64,000 nucleotides of DNA from an uncultured Pelagibacteraceae bacterium (lineage in GTDB: Bacteria; Pseudomonadota; Alphaproteobacteria; Pelagibacterales; Pelagibacteraceae), in the NCBI GenBank assembly GCA_902562645.1, contig CACETY010000003.1:17569-81568 (forward strand). The letters run 5' to 3'. The notes under the pieces are model-generated. The model saw only the letters and a list, made by a program, of their open reading frames with translations, had not been told where the DNA came from and ran no database searches. This document shows, one piece after another, positions 40,820-50,049 of this stretch (its first letter is position 1; each line of letters opens with the position of its first letter). A program made the translations under genes and the position numbers.

Positions 40820-43480
40820 ATGAAAAAATTTATATTTAATTTTAAATCAAATAAAATAAAAAAAATTAAACTACCAAAAAATATTCTTGGTGGCAAAGGT
40901 GCAAATCTTTCTGAGATGGGAAGAATGGGGCTACCCGTACCCCCTGGTTTTACAATATCTACAGAGGTATGTGACTTGTTTTATAAGAATAAAAAAAAAT
41001 TAAATAAAAAAATACTTAATGAAATAAGTAAAGAATTAAAATTTATTGAAAAAGACTCAGGAAAGAAATTTGGAGATATAAAAAATCCCCTTTTAGTTTC
41101 TGTAAGATCTGGAGCTAGGGTTTCCATGCCTGGTATGATGGATACAATTTTAAATCTAGGTCTTAATGATAATACGGTAATGGCACTTGCAAAAAAAACT
41201 TCAAACTTAAGATTCGCAAATGATAGTTATAGGCGTTTTATTCAAATGTATTCTAATGTTGTATTAGGAATCGAAGGTTATCACTTTGAGGATATAATTG
41301 AGAACTATAAATTAACAAAAGGGGTGTTACTAGACACAGAATTAGATGAGCATGACTGGGAAGCTTTAATAAAAGATTTTAAAAACATTGTAAAAGAAAA
41401 AACAAAAAAAGATTTTCCTCAAAACGTCAAAGAACAACTAGTAGGAGCTATAAGTGCTGTTTTTTTATCTTGGGAAAGTCATAGAGCAAAAGTCTATAGA
41501 AAACTAAATCAAATACCATCTAATTGGGGTACAGCAGTTAATGTACAATCAATGGTTTTTGGAAATATGGGCAATGATTGTGCAACTGGTGTAGTTTTTA
41601 CCAGAAATCCATCAGATGGAGACAAAAATATTTACGGAGAATATTTAATAAATGCGCAAGGAGAGGATGTTGTTGCTGGAACCAGAACACCACAACATAT
41701 AACAAAGAAAGCTAGAGTTGAGTCAAAAGAAACTCTTAAGTCAATGGAAGAGGCAATGCCATCGACATACAAGCAACTAAAAAATATTCTTAATAAGTTA
41801 GAAAAACATTACAAAGATATGCAGGATGTGGAGTTTACTGTTGAAAATAAAAAACTTTGGATGCTTCAAACACGCTCTGGAAAACGAACAGCCAAGTCTG
41901 CTGTAAAAATAGCTGTAGATATGGTTAAAGAAAAATTAATTACTAAAAAAGATGCAATATTGCGAATAGAGCCAAGTTCTTTAGACACTTTACTTCATCC
42001 AACTTTAGATGAGAAAATGAAATTGGAAGTAATTGGGTCAGGCTTACCTGCATCACCTGGTGCTGCAAGTGGAAAAGTTGTTTTCACATCTGAAGAGGCT
42101 GAAAGATTAAACAGTATGATGCAAAGTACAATATTAGTTCGTGTGGAAACTTCACCAGAAGATATACATGGTATGCACGCAGCAAAAGGAATACTTACCT
42201 CAAGAGGAGGTATGACAAGTCATGCTGCAGTAGTTGCGAGAGGGATGGGACGACCATGTGTTTCTGGATCTAGTGAAATAGAAATTGATTATGAAAATAA
42301 ATTATTCAAAACAAACAATAAAGTAATTAAAGAGGGTGAAATAATTACAATTGATGGTTCAACAGGCAGAATAATTATTGGTGAGGTAAAAACAGTTAAA
42401 CCAGAGATATCAGGTGATTTTTCAAAAATAATGAGTTGGTCTGATGATTTTAGAAAATTAAAAATTAGAACTAATTCTGAGACGCCATTGGATAGCAAAA
42501 CTGCTAGAGAATTTGGTGCAGAGGGTATTGGTTTGTGTAGAACTGAACATATGTTTTTTGACGAGGAAAGAATTTTATCAGTAAGAGAAATGATACTATC
42601 AAAAACAATTGAAGATCGATCTAATGCTCTCAAAAAGTTATTACCACATCAAAAAAAAGATTTTATTGAAATATTTAAGATTATGAAAGGTTTACCTGTA
42701 ACAGTAAGGTTACTTGACCCACCTTTACATGAATTTTTGCCGAAAAGTAAAAATGAAATTAATGATGTTGCAGTTTCACTAAATATTCCTGTTAAAGAAC
42801 TTGAAGTTAGAATTTCAGAACTTCATGAGCAAAATCCCATGTTAGGTCATAGAGGTTGCAGATTAGCGATCTCATTCCCTGAAATTTATGAGATGCAGTG
42901 TACTGCAATTTTTGAGGCTTTAGTGGAATGTAAAAAACAAAAAATTCAATCAACAATGCCTGAAATCATGATACCTTTAGTTTCAACAGAAGCAGAAATA
43001 AAAATCATGAAAGATTTAGTCATTAGGGTTGCAAAAAAAGTTCAAGATGCAAATAAAATTAAAATCGATTTTTTAGTTGGAACAATGATTGAATTGCCAA
43101 GAGCAGCAATAAAGGCAAAAGATATTGCTAAACACGCTGAATTTTTTAGTTTTGGAACTAATGATTTAACTCAAACTACATTTGGAATTAGTAGAGATGA
43201 TAGTGGTAAATTTCTAAATGATTATATTGAGAACAAAATTTTTGACATTGATCCTTTTGTATCGATTGATGATGGAGTTGGAGACTTAATAAAAATTGCA
43301 ACTGACAAAGGAAGAAAACAAAACAAAAAAATTAAACTTGGAATTTGTGGTGAGCATGGTGGAGATCCCAAAAGTATAGAATTTTGTGCAAAAACTGGAT
43401 TAGATTATGTGTCTTGTTCTCCCTACAGAGTTCCAGTTGCAAGATTAGCAGCAGCTCAAGCTCAGATAAAAAAAATTTAA
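40820..43480 (+). CDS. ppdK: Pyruvate, phosphate dikinase
   Basis: LGGKGANL, SMPGMMDT, GGMTSHAAVVAR, GTNDLTQ, GICGEHGG. Confidence 0.98.
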   Translation: MKKFIFNFKSNKIKKIKLPKNILGGKGANLSEMGRMGLPVPPGFTISTEVCDLFYKNKKKLNKKILNEISKELKFIEKDSGKKFGDIKNPLLVSVRSGARVSMPGMMDTILNLGLNDNTVMALAKKTSNLRFANDSYRRFIQMYSNVVLGIEGYHFEDIIENYKLTKGVLLDTELDEHDWEALIKDFKNIVKEKTKKDFPQNVKEQLVGAISAVFLSWESHRAKVYRKLNQIPSNWGTAVNVQSMVFGNMGNDCATGVVFTRNPSDGDKNIYGEYLINAQGEDVVAGTRTPQHITKKARVESKETLKSMEEAMPSTYKQLKNILNKLEKHYKDMQDVEFTVENKKLWMLQTRSGKRTAKSAVKIAVDMVKEKLITKKDAILRIEPSSLDTLLHPTLDEKMKLEVIGSGLPASPGAASGKVVFTSEEAERLNSMMQSTILVRVETSPEDIHGMHAAKGILTSRGGMTSHAAVVARGMGRPCVSGSSEIEIDYENKLFKTNNKVIKEGEIITIDGSTGRIIIGEVKTVKPEISGDFSKIMSWSDDFRKLKIRTNSETPLDSKTAREFGAEGIGLCRTEHMFFDEERILSVREMILSKTIEDRSNALKKLLPHQKKDFIEIFKIMKGLPVTVRLLDPPLHEFLPKSKNEINDVAVSLNIPVKELEVRISELHEQNPMLGHRGCRLAISFPEIYEMQCTAIFEALVECKKQKIQSTMPEIMIPLVSTEAEIKIMKDLVIRVAKKVQDANKIKIDFLVGTMIELPRAAIKAKDIAKHAEFFSFGTNDLTQTTFGISRDDSGKFLNDYIENKIFDIDPFVSIDDGVGDLIKIATDKGRKQNKKIKLGICGEHGGDPKSIEFCAKTGLDYVSCSPYRVPVARLAAAQAQIKKI

Positions 43481-44313
43481 ATTTGCAATTTTAAATCTAA
43501 GGCTTGAATACTATGTGTTAATTCACCTACTGATATTCTATCAACGTTTGTTGAAGCCATTTTTTTTACATTTTTTAAAGTTATTCCTCCAGAGGCTTCA
43601 GTCTCATATTTTCCTTTTGCATATTTAATAGCTTCTCTTAGATTTTTTGGACTCATATTATCAAACAGAACTGTATTAAAATTTAGTCCATTAATCCTTT
43701 TAAATTGATTCAAAGTATCAACTTCGACAGTAATTTTTCTTTTTTTTTTATTTTTAATTGCTTTTTTTACTATTTCTTCAAATTTCTTTGATGAGGCTAG
43801 ATGATTGTCTTTAATTAAAAATTCATCACTTAAATTAAATCTGTGGTTTGTCCCACCTCCTAGTTTTACAGCATATTTTTGAATAACTCTTAGATTAGGA
43901 ATTGTTTTTCTAGTACAACAAATTTTTGTTTTCTTACTTACCTTTTTTACAAATTTATTTGTTTTAGTTGCAATGCCAGAGATATGAGATAGAAAATTTA
44001 GAGCAACTCTTTCTCCAATTAATATATTTTTAATTTTACCTTCAATTACAGCAATTACAGACCCTTTACTAATTCTTGAACCTTCTTTTTTTTTTATATG
44101 AAATTTAATATTTCTGTCTAATAAATTAAATGTTTGTTTAGCAAATTCTAATCCACCAATAATACCAGCTTCATTGCTCGTCAATTTGACTTTTAAAATC
44201 GAATTATTATTTAAAAGGTTTGATGTAATATCTCCTGAAGGATATAGATCCTCGTTAAGGGCTAACTTGCAGGTTGATCGGATAAAATTTTTACTTAATT
44301 GAATTTTAGGCAC
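43477..44313 (-). CDS. nadC: Nicotinate-nucleotide pyrophosphorylase (carboxylating)
   Basis: TRKTIP, NHRFNLSD, LIKDNH, EASGGI. Confidence 0.96.
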   Translation of the reverse strand: MPKIQLSKNFIRSTCKLALNEDLYPSGDITSNLLNNNSILKVKLTSNEAGIIGGLEFAKQTFNLLDRNIKFHIKKKEGSRISKGSVIAVIEGKIKNILIGERVALNFLSHISGIATKTNKFVKKVSKKTKICCTRKTIPNLRVIQKYAVKLGGGTNHRFNLSDEFLIKDNHLASSKKFEEIVKKAIKNKKKRKITVEVDTLNQFKRINGLNFNTVLFDNMSPKNLREAIKYAKGKYETEASGGITLKNVKKMASTNVDRISVGELTHSIQALDLKLQI

Positions 44314-44318
44314 AGATT

Positions 44319-45308
44319 CTATCTGCCTATTTCAGCCATTCTCTCTACCGATGTCCTAGCTCTCTCAATTGTTTCGTGGTCCATTATTAATTCGTTTGTT
44401 TCATTTTCTAAACAATCAAGTATTTTTGGCAATGTAATTCTTTTCATGTGAGGACATAAATTACAAGGTCTAATAAATTCTACATTAGGATTATCAATTT
44501 GAACATTATCACTCATTGAGCATTCTGTGACCATCATAACTTTTTCAGGTTGATTATCTTTTACATATTTTATCATGCCACTTGTTGAGCCTGCAAAATC
44601 ACTAGCATCTATAACATCGGGAGGACATTCAGGGTGAGCAATAATTTTGATTCCAGGATTATTTTTTCTTATTTCATTAATCTCCTCATCATTAAATTGT
44701 TCATGAACCTCACATGTTCCTTTCCATGAAATAATTTCTACATCAGTTTGAGAAGCAACATATTTTGCTAAATAATCGTCTGGTAAGAAAATTACTTTTT
44801 TTACACCTAAAGAGTTTACAATTTTAACAGCATTTGCTGATGTGCAACAAACATCAGTTTCTGCCTTAACATCTGCAGAAGTGTTAACGTATGAAACTAC
44901 AGGAACTCCAGGATATTGTTTTTTTAAGTTTCTTACATCTTCACCAGTTATAGATGAGGATAAAGAGCAACCAGCTTTCATATCTGGCAACAATACTTTT
45001 TTTTCAGGGCTCATTAATTTTGCTGTTTCAGCCATAAAATGAACTCCACACATTACGATTATATCTGCCTTAGTTTTTGCAGCTTCAACTGCCAATGCTA
45101 ACGAGTCAGCAGAAAAATCTGAAATACCATGGTATATTTCTGGTGTTTGATAATTGTGTGCAAGTATAATGGCATTCTTCTCTTTTTTTAATTTGTTAAT
45201 TTGATAAATATAAGGCGCGTGATGAGCCCACTCAATTTCTGGGATTTTTTTTGAGACTTTTTCGTATATTGAGTTCGTTGCTTTTTTTATTTCTGGCGTA
45301 AATTCCAT
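44319..45308 (-). CDS. nadA: Quinolinate synthase
   Basis: LAHNYQ, CGVHFMAE, AGCSL, YVNTSA, CEVH, HPEC, CPHMK. Confidence 0.97.
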   Translation of the reverse strand: MEFTPEIKKATNSIYEKVSKKIPEIEWAHHAPYIYQINKLKKEKNAIILAHNYQTPEIYHGISDFSADSLALAVEAAKTKADIIVMCGVHFMAETAKLMSPEKKVLLPDMKAGCSLSSSITGEDVRNLKKQYPGVPVVSYVNTSADVKAETDVCCTSANAVKIVNSLGVKKVIFLPDDYLAKYVASQTDVEIISWKGTCEVHEQFNDEEINEIRKNNPGIKIIAHPECPPDVIDASDFAGSTSGMIKYVKDNQPEKVMMVTECSMSDNVQIDNPNVEFIRPCNLCPHMKRITLPKILDCLENETNELIMDHETIERARTSVERMAEIGR

Positions 45309-45314
45309 AATAAA

Positions 45315-45354
45315 AACTTATCAACTTGATATAGAATTGTCATTCATTTAATCT
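45315..45354. promoter_or_regulatory. Interleaved divergent sigma70 promoters for nadA (minus) and tRNA-Leu (plus)
   Basis: Minus: ATGACA(45343-38)-N17-TAAGTT(45320-15), 6 nt from the nadA ATG. Plus: TTGATA(45326-31)-N17-TAATCT(45349-54). Confidence 0.6.
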
Positions 45355-45364
45355 GACGCATTTT

Positions 45365-45450
45365 GCGGTCATGCTGAAATTGGTAGACAGGCACGGTTGA
45401 GGGCCGTGTGGGCTAAGCCCATGAGAGTTCAAGTCTCTCTGGCCGCACCA
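45365..45450 (+). tRNA. tRNA-Leu, anticodon GAG
   Basis: GCGGTCATGCTGAAATTGGTAGACAGGCACGG-TTGAGGG-CCGTG, long variable arm, GTTCAAGTC T-arm, CCA end. Confidence 0.96.
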
Positions 45451-46658
45451 ATTTTTGTAGTATTTCTACCATTAATCTTATTGTTATTGATTAGATTAAT
45501 CACCAATATAAATAATAGTAATAAAATATTAATGTATGAAATAGAATAGTCAAAAAAGTCTAAAAATTTTTTGTCTAAACTTAAATAGTTAAGTCCTTTA
45601 ACAAGATATATATTTAAACCTTTAAAAAAATGTAAAAAATAAACAGTCAATATAAATGTTATTTTTGAAACAAATAAAGAAAAGTTTTTTATAGAATATA
45701 CAAGAAATGGAAGCATCATTACATAATCGTGTGGGTAATGTGGAAAAAAAATTAATGTGCTTAAAGATAAACAAGACAATTTTAAAAGACTATCATTTAA
45801 ACTTTTAATTTTAAAAATAAAAAAGTAATTAAATATTATTGATAAAATTAAAAATAATAATGATTTATAATAAAAATCAATTAAACTAATTTTTTCAAAA
45901 ATTGAGAAAATAAATTTATTCTTTGGCATATTATTAGTTGTCTCCCCAACTAATTGATTTTCTAATGCTAACTCAAATGGTTGAAAAATTGTAATAAAAG
46001 GACTAGAATTTGTTATAAAGCTATAAAATAGCCAACCAAATATTGCTGGTAGCATTGTTAAGAGTAAAAATTTAAATTTATTTGACGACAGGTAATATAA
46101 AAAAATTGAGTATCCAATTGTATATTTAAAATAACTTATTCCTGATAATATAACATTTAATTTGGTTTCTTTTATAAAAGGAAGAATAAAAAAAAATAAA
46201 ATTAAAAGTGTCTGTTGTCCTGTAACTATTTGTACTTTTGAAACGATACAAAAACTAAAGAAAAAAATTATTAAAATACTCTTTTCTGCTGAAAGAGAAA
46301 ATTTTTTACATAACATTATTGGAATTAAAAATAACAAAATGATATTTGTTAACATCCAGGCAACCTTAGCATGAGTCCAGTCCAATAAAGTATATGGATA
46401 AAATAATATATATAGTCCATGGAGATACTCTCCATATTGTGACATCATAATTTTTTCAGTATTTCCACTCAACATGTAATGATAATGGTTCACATTTTCA
46501 AAAACTAGTTTCGTAGGTGACCATTGAAAATCATGATGTCCACTTGGTGATAACACATCTTTTATTATTTGAAAATATGAGCTGAAAACAGATGATCCTA
46601 AAATTATTACTAATATTATAACAAAGCTTTTTTGTTTATTTATTTTATATAAGTTCAT
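45429..46658 (-). CDS. Polytopic membrane protein, GT87/DUF2029-like glycosyltransferase (GT-C fold)
   Basis: About 10 hydrophobic segments; DF in first loop (HHDFQW), GQ motif, K after TM (YFKY), late HYPHDY. The stop lies inside tRNA-Leu on the opposite strand. Confidence 0.6.
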   Translation of the reverse strand: MNLYKINKQKSFVIILVIILGSSVFSSYFQIIKDVLSPSGHHDFQWSPTKLVFENVNHYHYMLSGNTEKIMMSQYGEYLHGLYILFYPYTLLDWTHAKVAWMLTNIILLFLIPIMLCKKFSLSAEKSILIIFFFSFCIVSKVQIVTGQQTLLILFFFILPFIKETKLNVILSGISYFKYTIGYSIFLYYLSSNKFKFLLLTMLPAIFGWLFYSFITNSSPFITIFQPFELALENQLVGETTNNMPKNKFIFSIFEKISLIDFYYKSLLFLILSIIFNYFFIFKIKSLNDSLLKLSCLSLSTLIFFPHYPHDYVMMLPFLVYSIKNFSLFVSKITFILTVYFLHFFKGLNIYLVKGLNYLSLDKKFLDFFDYSISYINILLLLFILVINLINNNKINGRNTTKIGAARET

Positions 46659-47956
46659 TTAGCTTTTTTAAATCTTTGTTTAATATCGTAATACTTATCC
46701 TTAATATCATAATTAGAGTCTTTATATTTTTTATCTTGCATATAATAGAAGACTAAAAATTTTTTACTCAAACCGCCCCAGATGTTAATCTCTTTAGCCT
46801 CTAAATTACAACAGTGTGGTAGTCTAATAAAAAAACAGCAAATAATTACAATTAAAATTAAAGGAAAAGTTTTAATGTTAACTTCTGGGAAAAAATTATC
46901 TTTTTCTCTATTTTCAAATGGATATTGCACAAAAAAAGCAAAACTTATAAAACTGATAATATTTATCCATCTGCCAGTATCTCCAATTGGGAAAAGAAAT
47001 AAGAATAGCGGCAGGATCGATAAATACATATATTTTAAAGTATTTAAATTTTTATCTACTATGATCTTATTTTTGTTAAAATATTTAATAAAAAAATGAA
47101 ATGGTAATACTGACAATATTATAAAAAAAATGTTAATTTTAAAGTTATAGAAATTAAATAAATTAGTATTTAATTCATATTTAATAACACTCAAATTACC
47201 TTCAGTTTTAGCCGCAACTAAAACTGCATCCAGCCAAAGATCTTTCTCTGTAACTAATGAAATCTTTTCTAACATTAGTTCAATTGTATTTTCACTTATA
47301 GGATAAAAAAAAATAAATAATATCGCCAAAAAACATATTGCAAATGATGGAAAAAGAGTTTTTTGAGAACTGTTATTTTCTCCAACAACGATTTTTGCAA
47401 ATAAAAAATGAAATGGTACTGTCCATGCTTGAATCTCGTGAATAAATAAAGAAATTATAATTAATGGAACAATTAGATAAGAGAAAATTTTTAAATAACT
47501 TTTATAATTTAAAATATTATTACGATGATTTCTTACAAGTAACGAATGAAATAAAATTAAAAAAATAGATAAAACATCAAACCTTTGGTAGCCACCTAAA
47601 TCATTAAAAGAAAACATTATTAAGGTTGGCGATAAAAGCAAATAAACAAATAAAATCTTATTTGAGATATATTCTTTAATAATATGGAGATATAATAAGA
47701 TGGTTATAAGATAAAAGAATATGAAAAAATAGGAAAATGTCTTTGATGTATTGATATTGAAATTGTTTTCGATAAAAATTGAAATAGTTCCAAAAAGACC
47801 TCTTTTAACAAAACCGCCGCTATAATTCAGATGAGATTGAGAAAAAGTCCAAAAATTAATTGTATAAATTGTCGAAATGTAAAATAGATAAGAAAATAGT
47901 AACAATACAAAAAGTGATGATAAATAAAAAAAAATTGAATTTTTTGAAGATTTCAT
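46655..47956 (-). CDS. Polytopic membrane protein, putative GT-C glycosyltransferase
   Basis: About 10 hydrophobic segments with NYSGGFVKRGLFG, RFD, IHE and DTGRW loop motifs; coupled (4-nt overlap) to the GT87-like gene. Confidence 0.5.
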   Translation of the reverse strand: MKSSKNSIFFYLSSLFVLLLFSYLFYISTIYTINFWTFSQSHLNYSGGFVKRGLFGTISIFIENNFNINTSKTFSYFFIFFYLITILLYLHIIKEYISNKILFVYLLLSPTLIMFSFNDLGGYQRFDVLSIFLILFHSLLVRNHRNNILNYKSYLKIFSYLIVPLIIISLFIHEIQAWTVPFHFLFAKIVVGENNSSQKTLFPSFAICFLAILFIFFYPISENTIELMLEKISLVTEKDLWLDAVLVAAKTEGNLSVIKYELNTNLFNFYNFKINIFFIILSVLPFHFFIKYFNKNKIIVDKNLNTLKYMYLSILPLFLFLFPIGDTGRWINIISFISFAFFVQYPFENREKDNFFPEVNIKTFPLILIVIICCFFIRLPHCCNLEAKEINIWGGLSKKFLVFYYMQDKKYKDSNYDIKDKYYDIKQRFKKAK

Positions 47957-48001
47957 ATTTGAAACATTATATTTATAGATTAAGAATTATGTTATTTAAA
48001 C

Positions 48002-49285
48002 ATGGTTAAATCTAAAAAAAAATATAATTTTACATATACAGCAAATTTTTCATCAAAAATAATAAAACCAAAAAATATTAAGGAATTAAGACAATATTTA
48101 AATAAGCCATTTACAATTGTGGGAAATATGAGATCTTATGGAGACACCTTTATTGGAAATGGTAACCACATATCACTCTCAAATTTTAACAATATATTAA
48201 ATTTAGATATTAAAAGAAGAGTAATAGAAATTGAATCGGGAGCATCTTTAAGAGATATGAACGAAAAAATATTTAATAAAGGTTTAATTTTACCTTGTAT
48301 GCCTGGTTGCAAATACGTTTCAATTGGTGGAATGATTGCTAATAATATCTCTGGTAAACTATTAACTAATAATAAAATAGAAAACTTCATTCATTCTATC
48401 AAATTAATAAATAATAATAACAAAATAATCGAATGTTCTAGAAAAAAAAATAAATTTTTTTTTTATTTAAGTATTGGTGGAAAAGGAAGAACGGGACCAA
48501 TAATATCAGCAAAAATAAAATTATCAAAATTAAATTCATCTTTTATAAAGCAAGAGTCTTTTTATTTTGATAGTTATGATAGTTTTTTTGAATTACTTAT
48601 AAAATTAAAAAAATTTAGGTATGGAGTATGTTGGGTTGATTTTACCAAAGAAAATTTTGAAGGAATTTTATTTTTAGGATCTCACTATAACACTAAGGAT
48701 AAAAAGCATTTCTTTTATTATGATTTAAAGCTTCCTAGTTTTGTGACATATTTAATAAGTTTAATTGTCAAAATGAAATTGACTACAATTATTTTTAATT
48801 ATTTTTTTAAAACAAAAAATAAATTTTTCAAAACAAATATTTTAAAATTAAATAATTTCTTTTTTCCACAAAATAAAATTGTCAATTGGAATGAATTCTT
48901 CAAACCTCATGGATTTTATCAATTTCAAATATATCTAAATCAAAATAATTTACCCTTTATAATTGATAAAATAAAAAAGTTAATGAAGATTTATCAAATT
49001 TTTTCAAATTTTAGCATCATTAAATTTCATGATAATAAAAAAATAAATAAATTTTCACTCTCATTAGATTTTCCAATTTATAATAATAAAAAAAAAATTA
49101 AAAAATTTATTAATTATCTCGTAAAAAAATATGATTTAGAGGTTGAACTTTCAAAAGATATTGTTTTGAATAAACTAAATAATTCGACTTTAAATAAAAA
49201 TGATATTTTTAATCAAAACAATAAAATGTATTTTAATAAAAATTTTAATTCTAATATTTTTAAAAGGCTATTAAAATATGATTGA
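48002..49285 (+). CDS. FAD-binding oxidoreductase, DprE1-like (divergent)
   Basis: GNMRSYGD, PGCKYVSIGGMIANNISGK, GGKGRTG, YQFQ, LSLDFP, SKD; paired with a DprE2-like SDR. Confidence 0.75.
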   Translation: MVKSKKKYNFTYTANFSSKIIKPKNIKELRQYLNKPFTIVGNMRSYGDTFIGNGNHISLSNFNNILNLDIKRRVIEIESGASLRDMNEKIFNKGLILPCMPGCKYVSIGGMIANNISGKLLTNNKIENFIHSIKLINNNNKIIECSRKKNKFFFYLSIGGKGRTGPIISAKIKLSKLNSSFIKQESFYFDSYDSFFELLIKLKKFRYGVCWVDFTKENFEGILFLGSHYNTKDKKHFFYYDLKLPSFVTYLISLIVKMKLTTIIFNYFFKTKNKFFKTNILKLNNFFFPQNKIVNWNEFFKPHGFYQFQIYLNQNNLPFIIDKIKKLMKIYQIFSNFSIIKFHDNKKINKFSLSLDFPIYNNKKKIKKFINYLVKKYDLEVELSKDIVLNKLNNSTLNKNDIFNQNNKMYFNKNFNSNIFKRLLKYD

Positions 49286-50009
49286 AAAAAAGAAACTATT
49301 TATACATGGAGGCTCATCTTTAATATCAAAATATTTAATTAAAAAATTATGTTTTGAATTTAAAGAAATTCATATTTTTTGTAGAGATATAAAAAAAACA
49401 AAGTCAAATATTGAAATTGAAAATTTTAAAGATCTACAGTTTTACTTTTATGAAAATGAGCTAGAAAATATTGATCAAACTTTAAAAGATATAGATAAAT
49501 TACCTAATGATTTGTCAGGAGTTTTGTGGATTAGTGGGTATACTGGTAATCCATATAAAGAGTTTGAGGATGAGGACCTAGCAAAGAAAAATATCGATGT
49601 TAATTTTGTTAATCCAACTATAGCGATAACAAAACTATCAAAAAAAATTATTAAAAATAAAAATAATTTTATTTGTGCAATAAGCTCGGTTGCAGGTTTA
49701 CGCGGTAGAAAAAAAAGATTATATTACTCTGCAAGTAAAGGTGGACTAATAAATTTTTTATCTGGTCTGAGACAAAAACTTCAAAATGAACTTAAAGTCA
49801 TAACTATAATACCAGGATATATATCAACTAGTAGTTTTTCCGAAAAAAGTCCAAAATTTTTAATTTCTTCACCAGAAAAAGCTAGTGAAATTATATTTCA
49901 AGCAATAAAAAAAAATAAAGAAATAGTTTATGTGAATAGTTTATGGAGATTAATTATGTTTGTAATTTTATTAATACCGGAGGTAATTTATAAAAAGTTA
50001 AATTTTTAA
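49278..50009 (+). CDS. Short-chain dehydrogenase/reductase, DprE2-like
   Basis: HGGSSLIS, ISSVAGLRGR, YSASK (YxxxK), FLSGLRQ, PGYIST. Confidence 0.8.
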   Translation: MIEKKKLFIHGGSSLISKYLIKKLCFEFKEIHIFCRDIKKTKSNIEIENFKDLQFYFYENELENIDQTLKDIDKLPNDLSGVLWISGYTGNPYKEFEDEDLAKKNIDVNFVNPTIAITKLSKKIIKNKNNFICAISSVAGLRGRKKRLYYSASKGGLINFLSGLRQKLQNELKVITIIPGYISTSSFSEKSPKFLISSPEKASEIIFQAIKKNKEIVYVNSLWRLIMFVILLIPEVIYKKLNF

Positions 50010-50049
50010 GAAATTTATCGGATTTTCCTAGTCTTTCAAAATAAATGAT

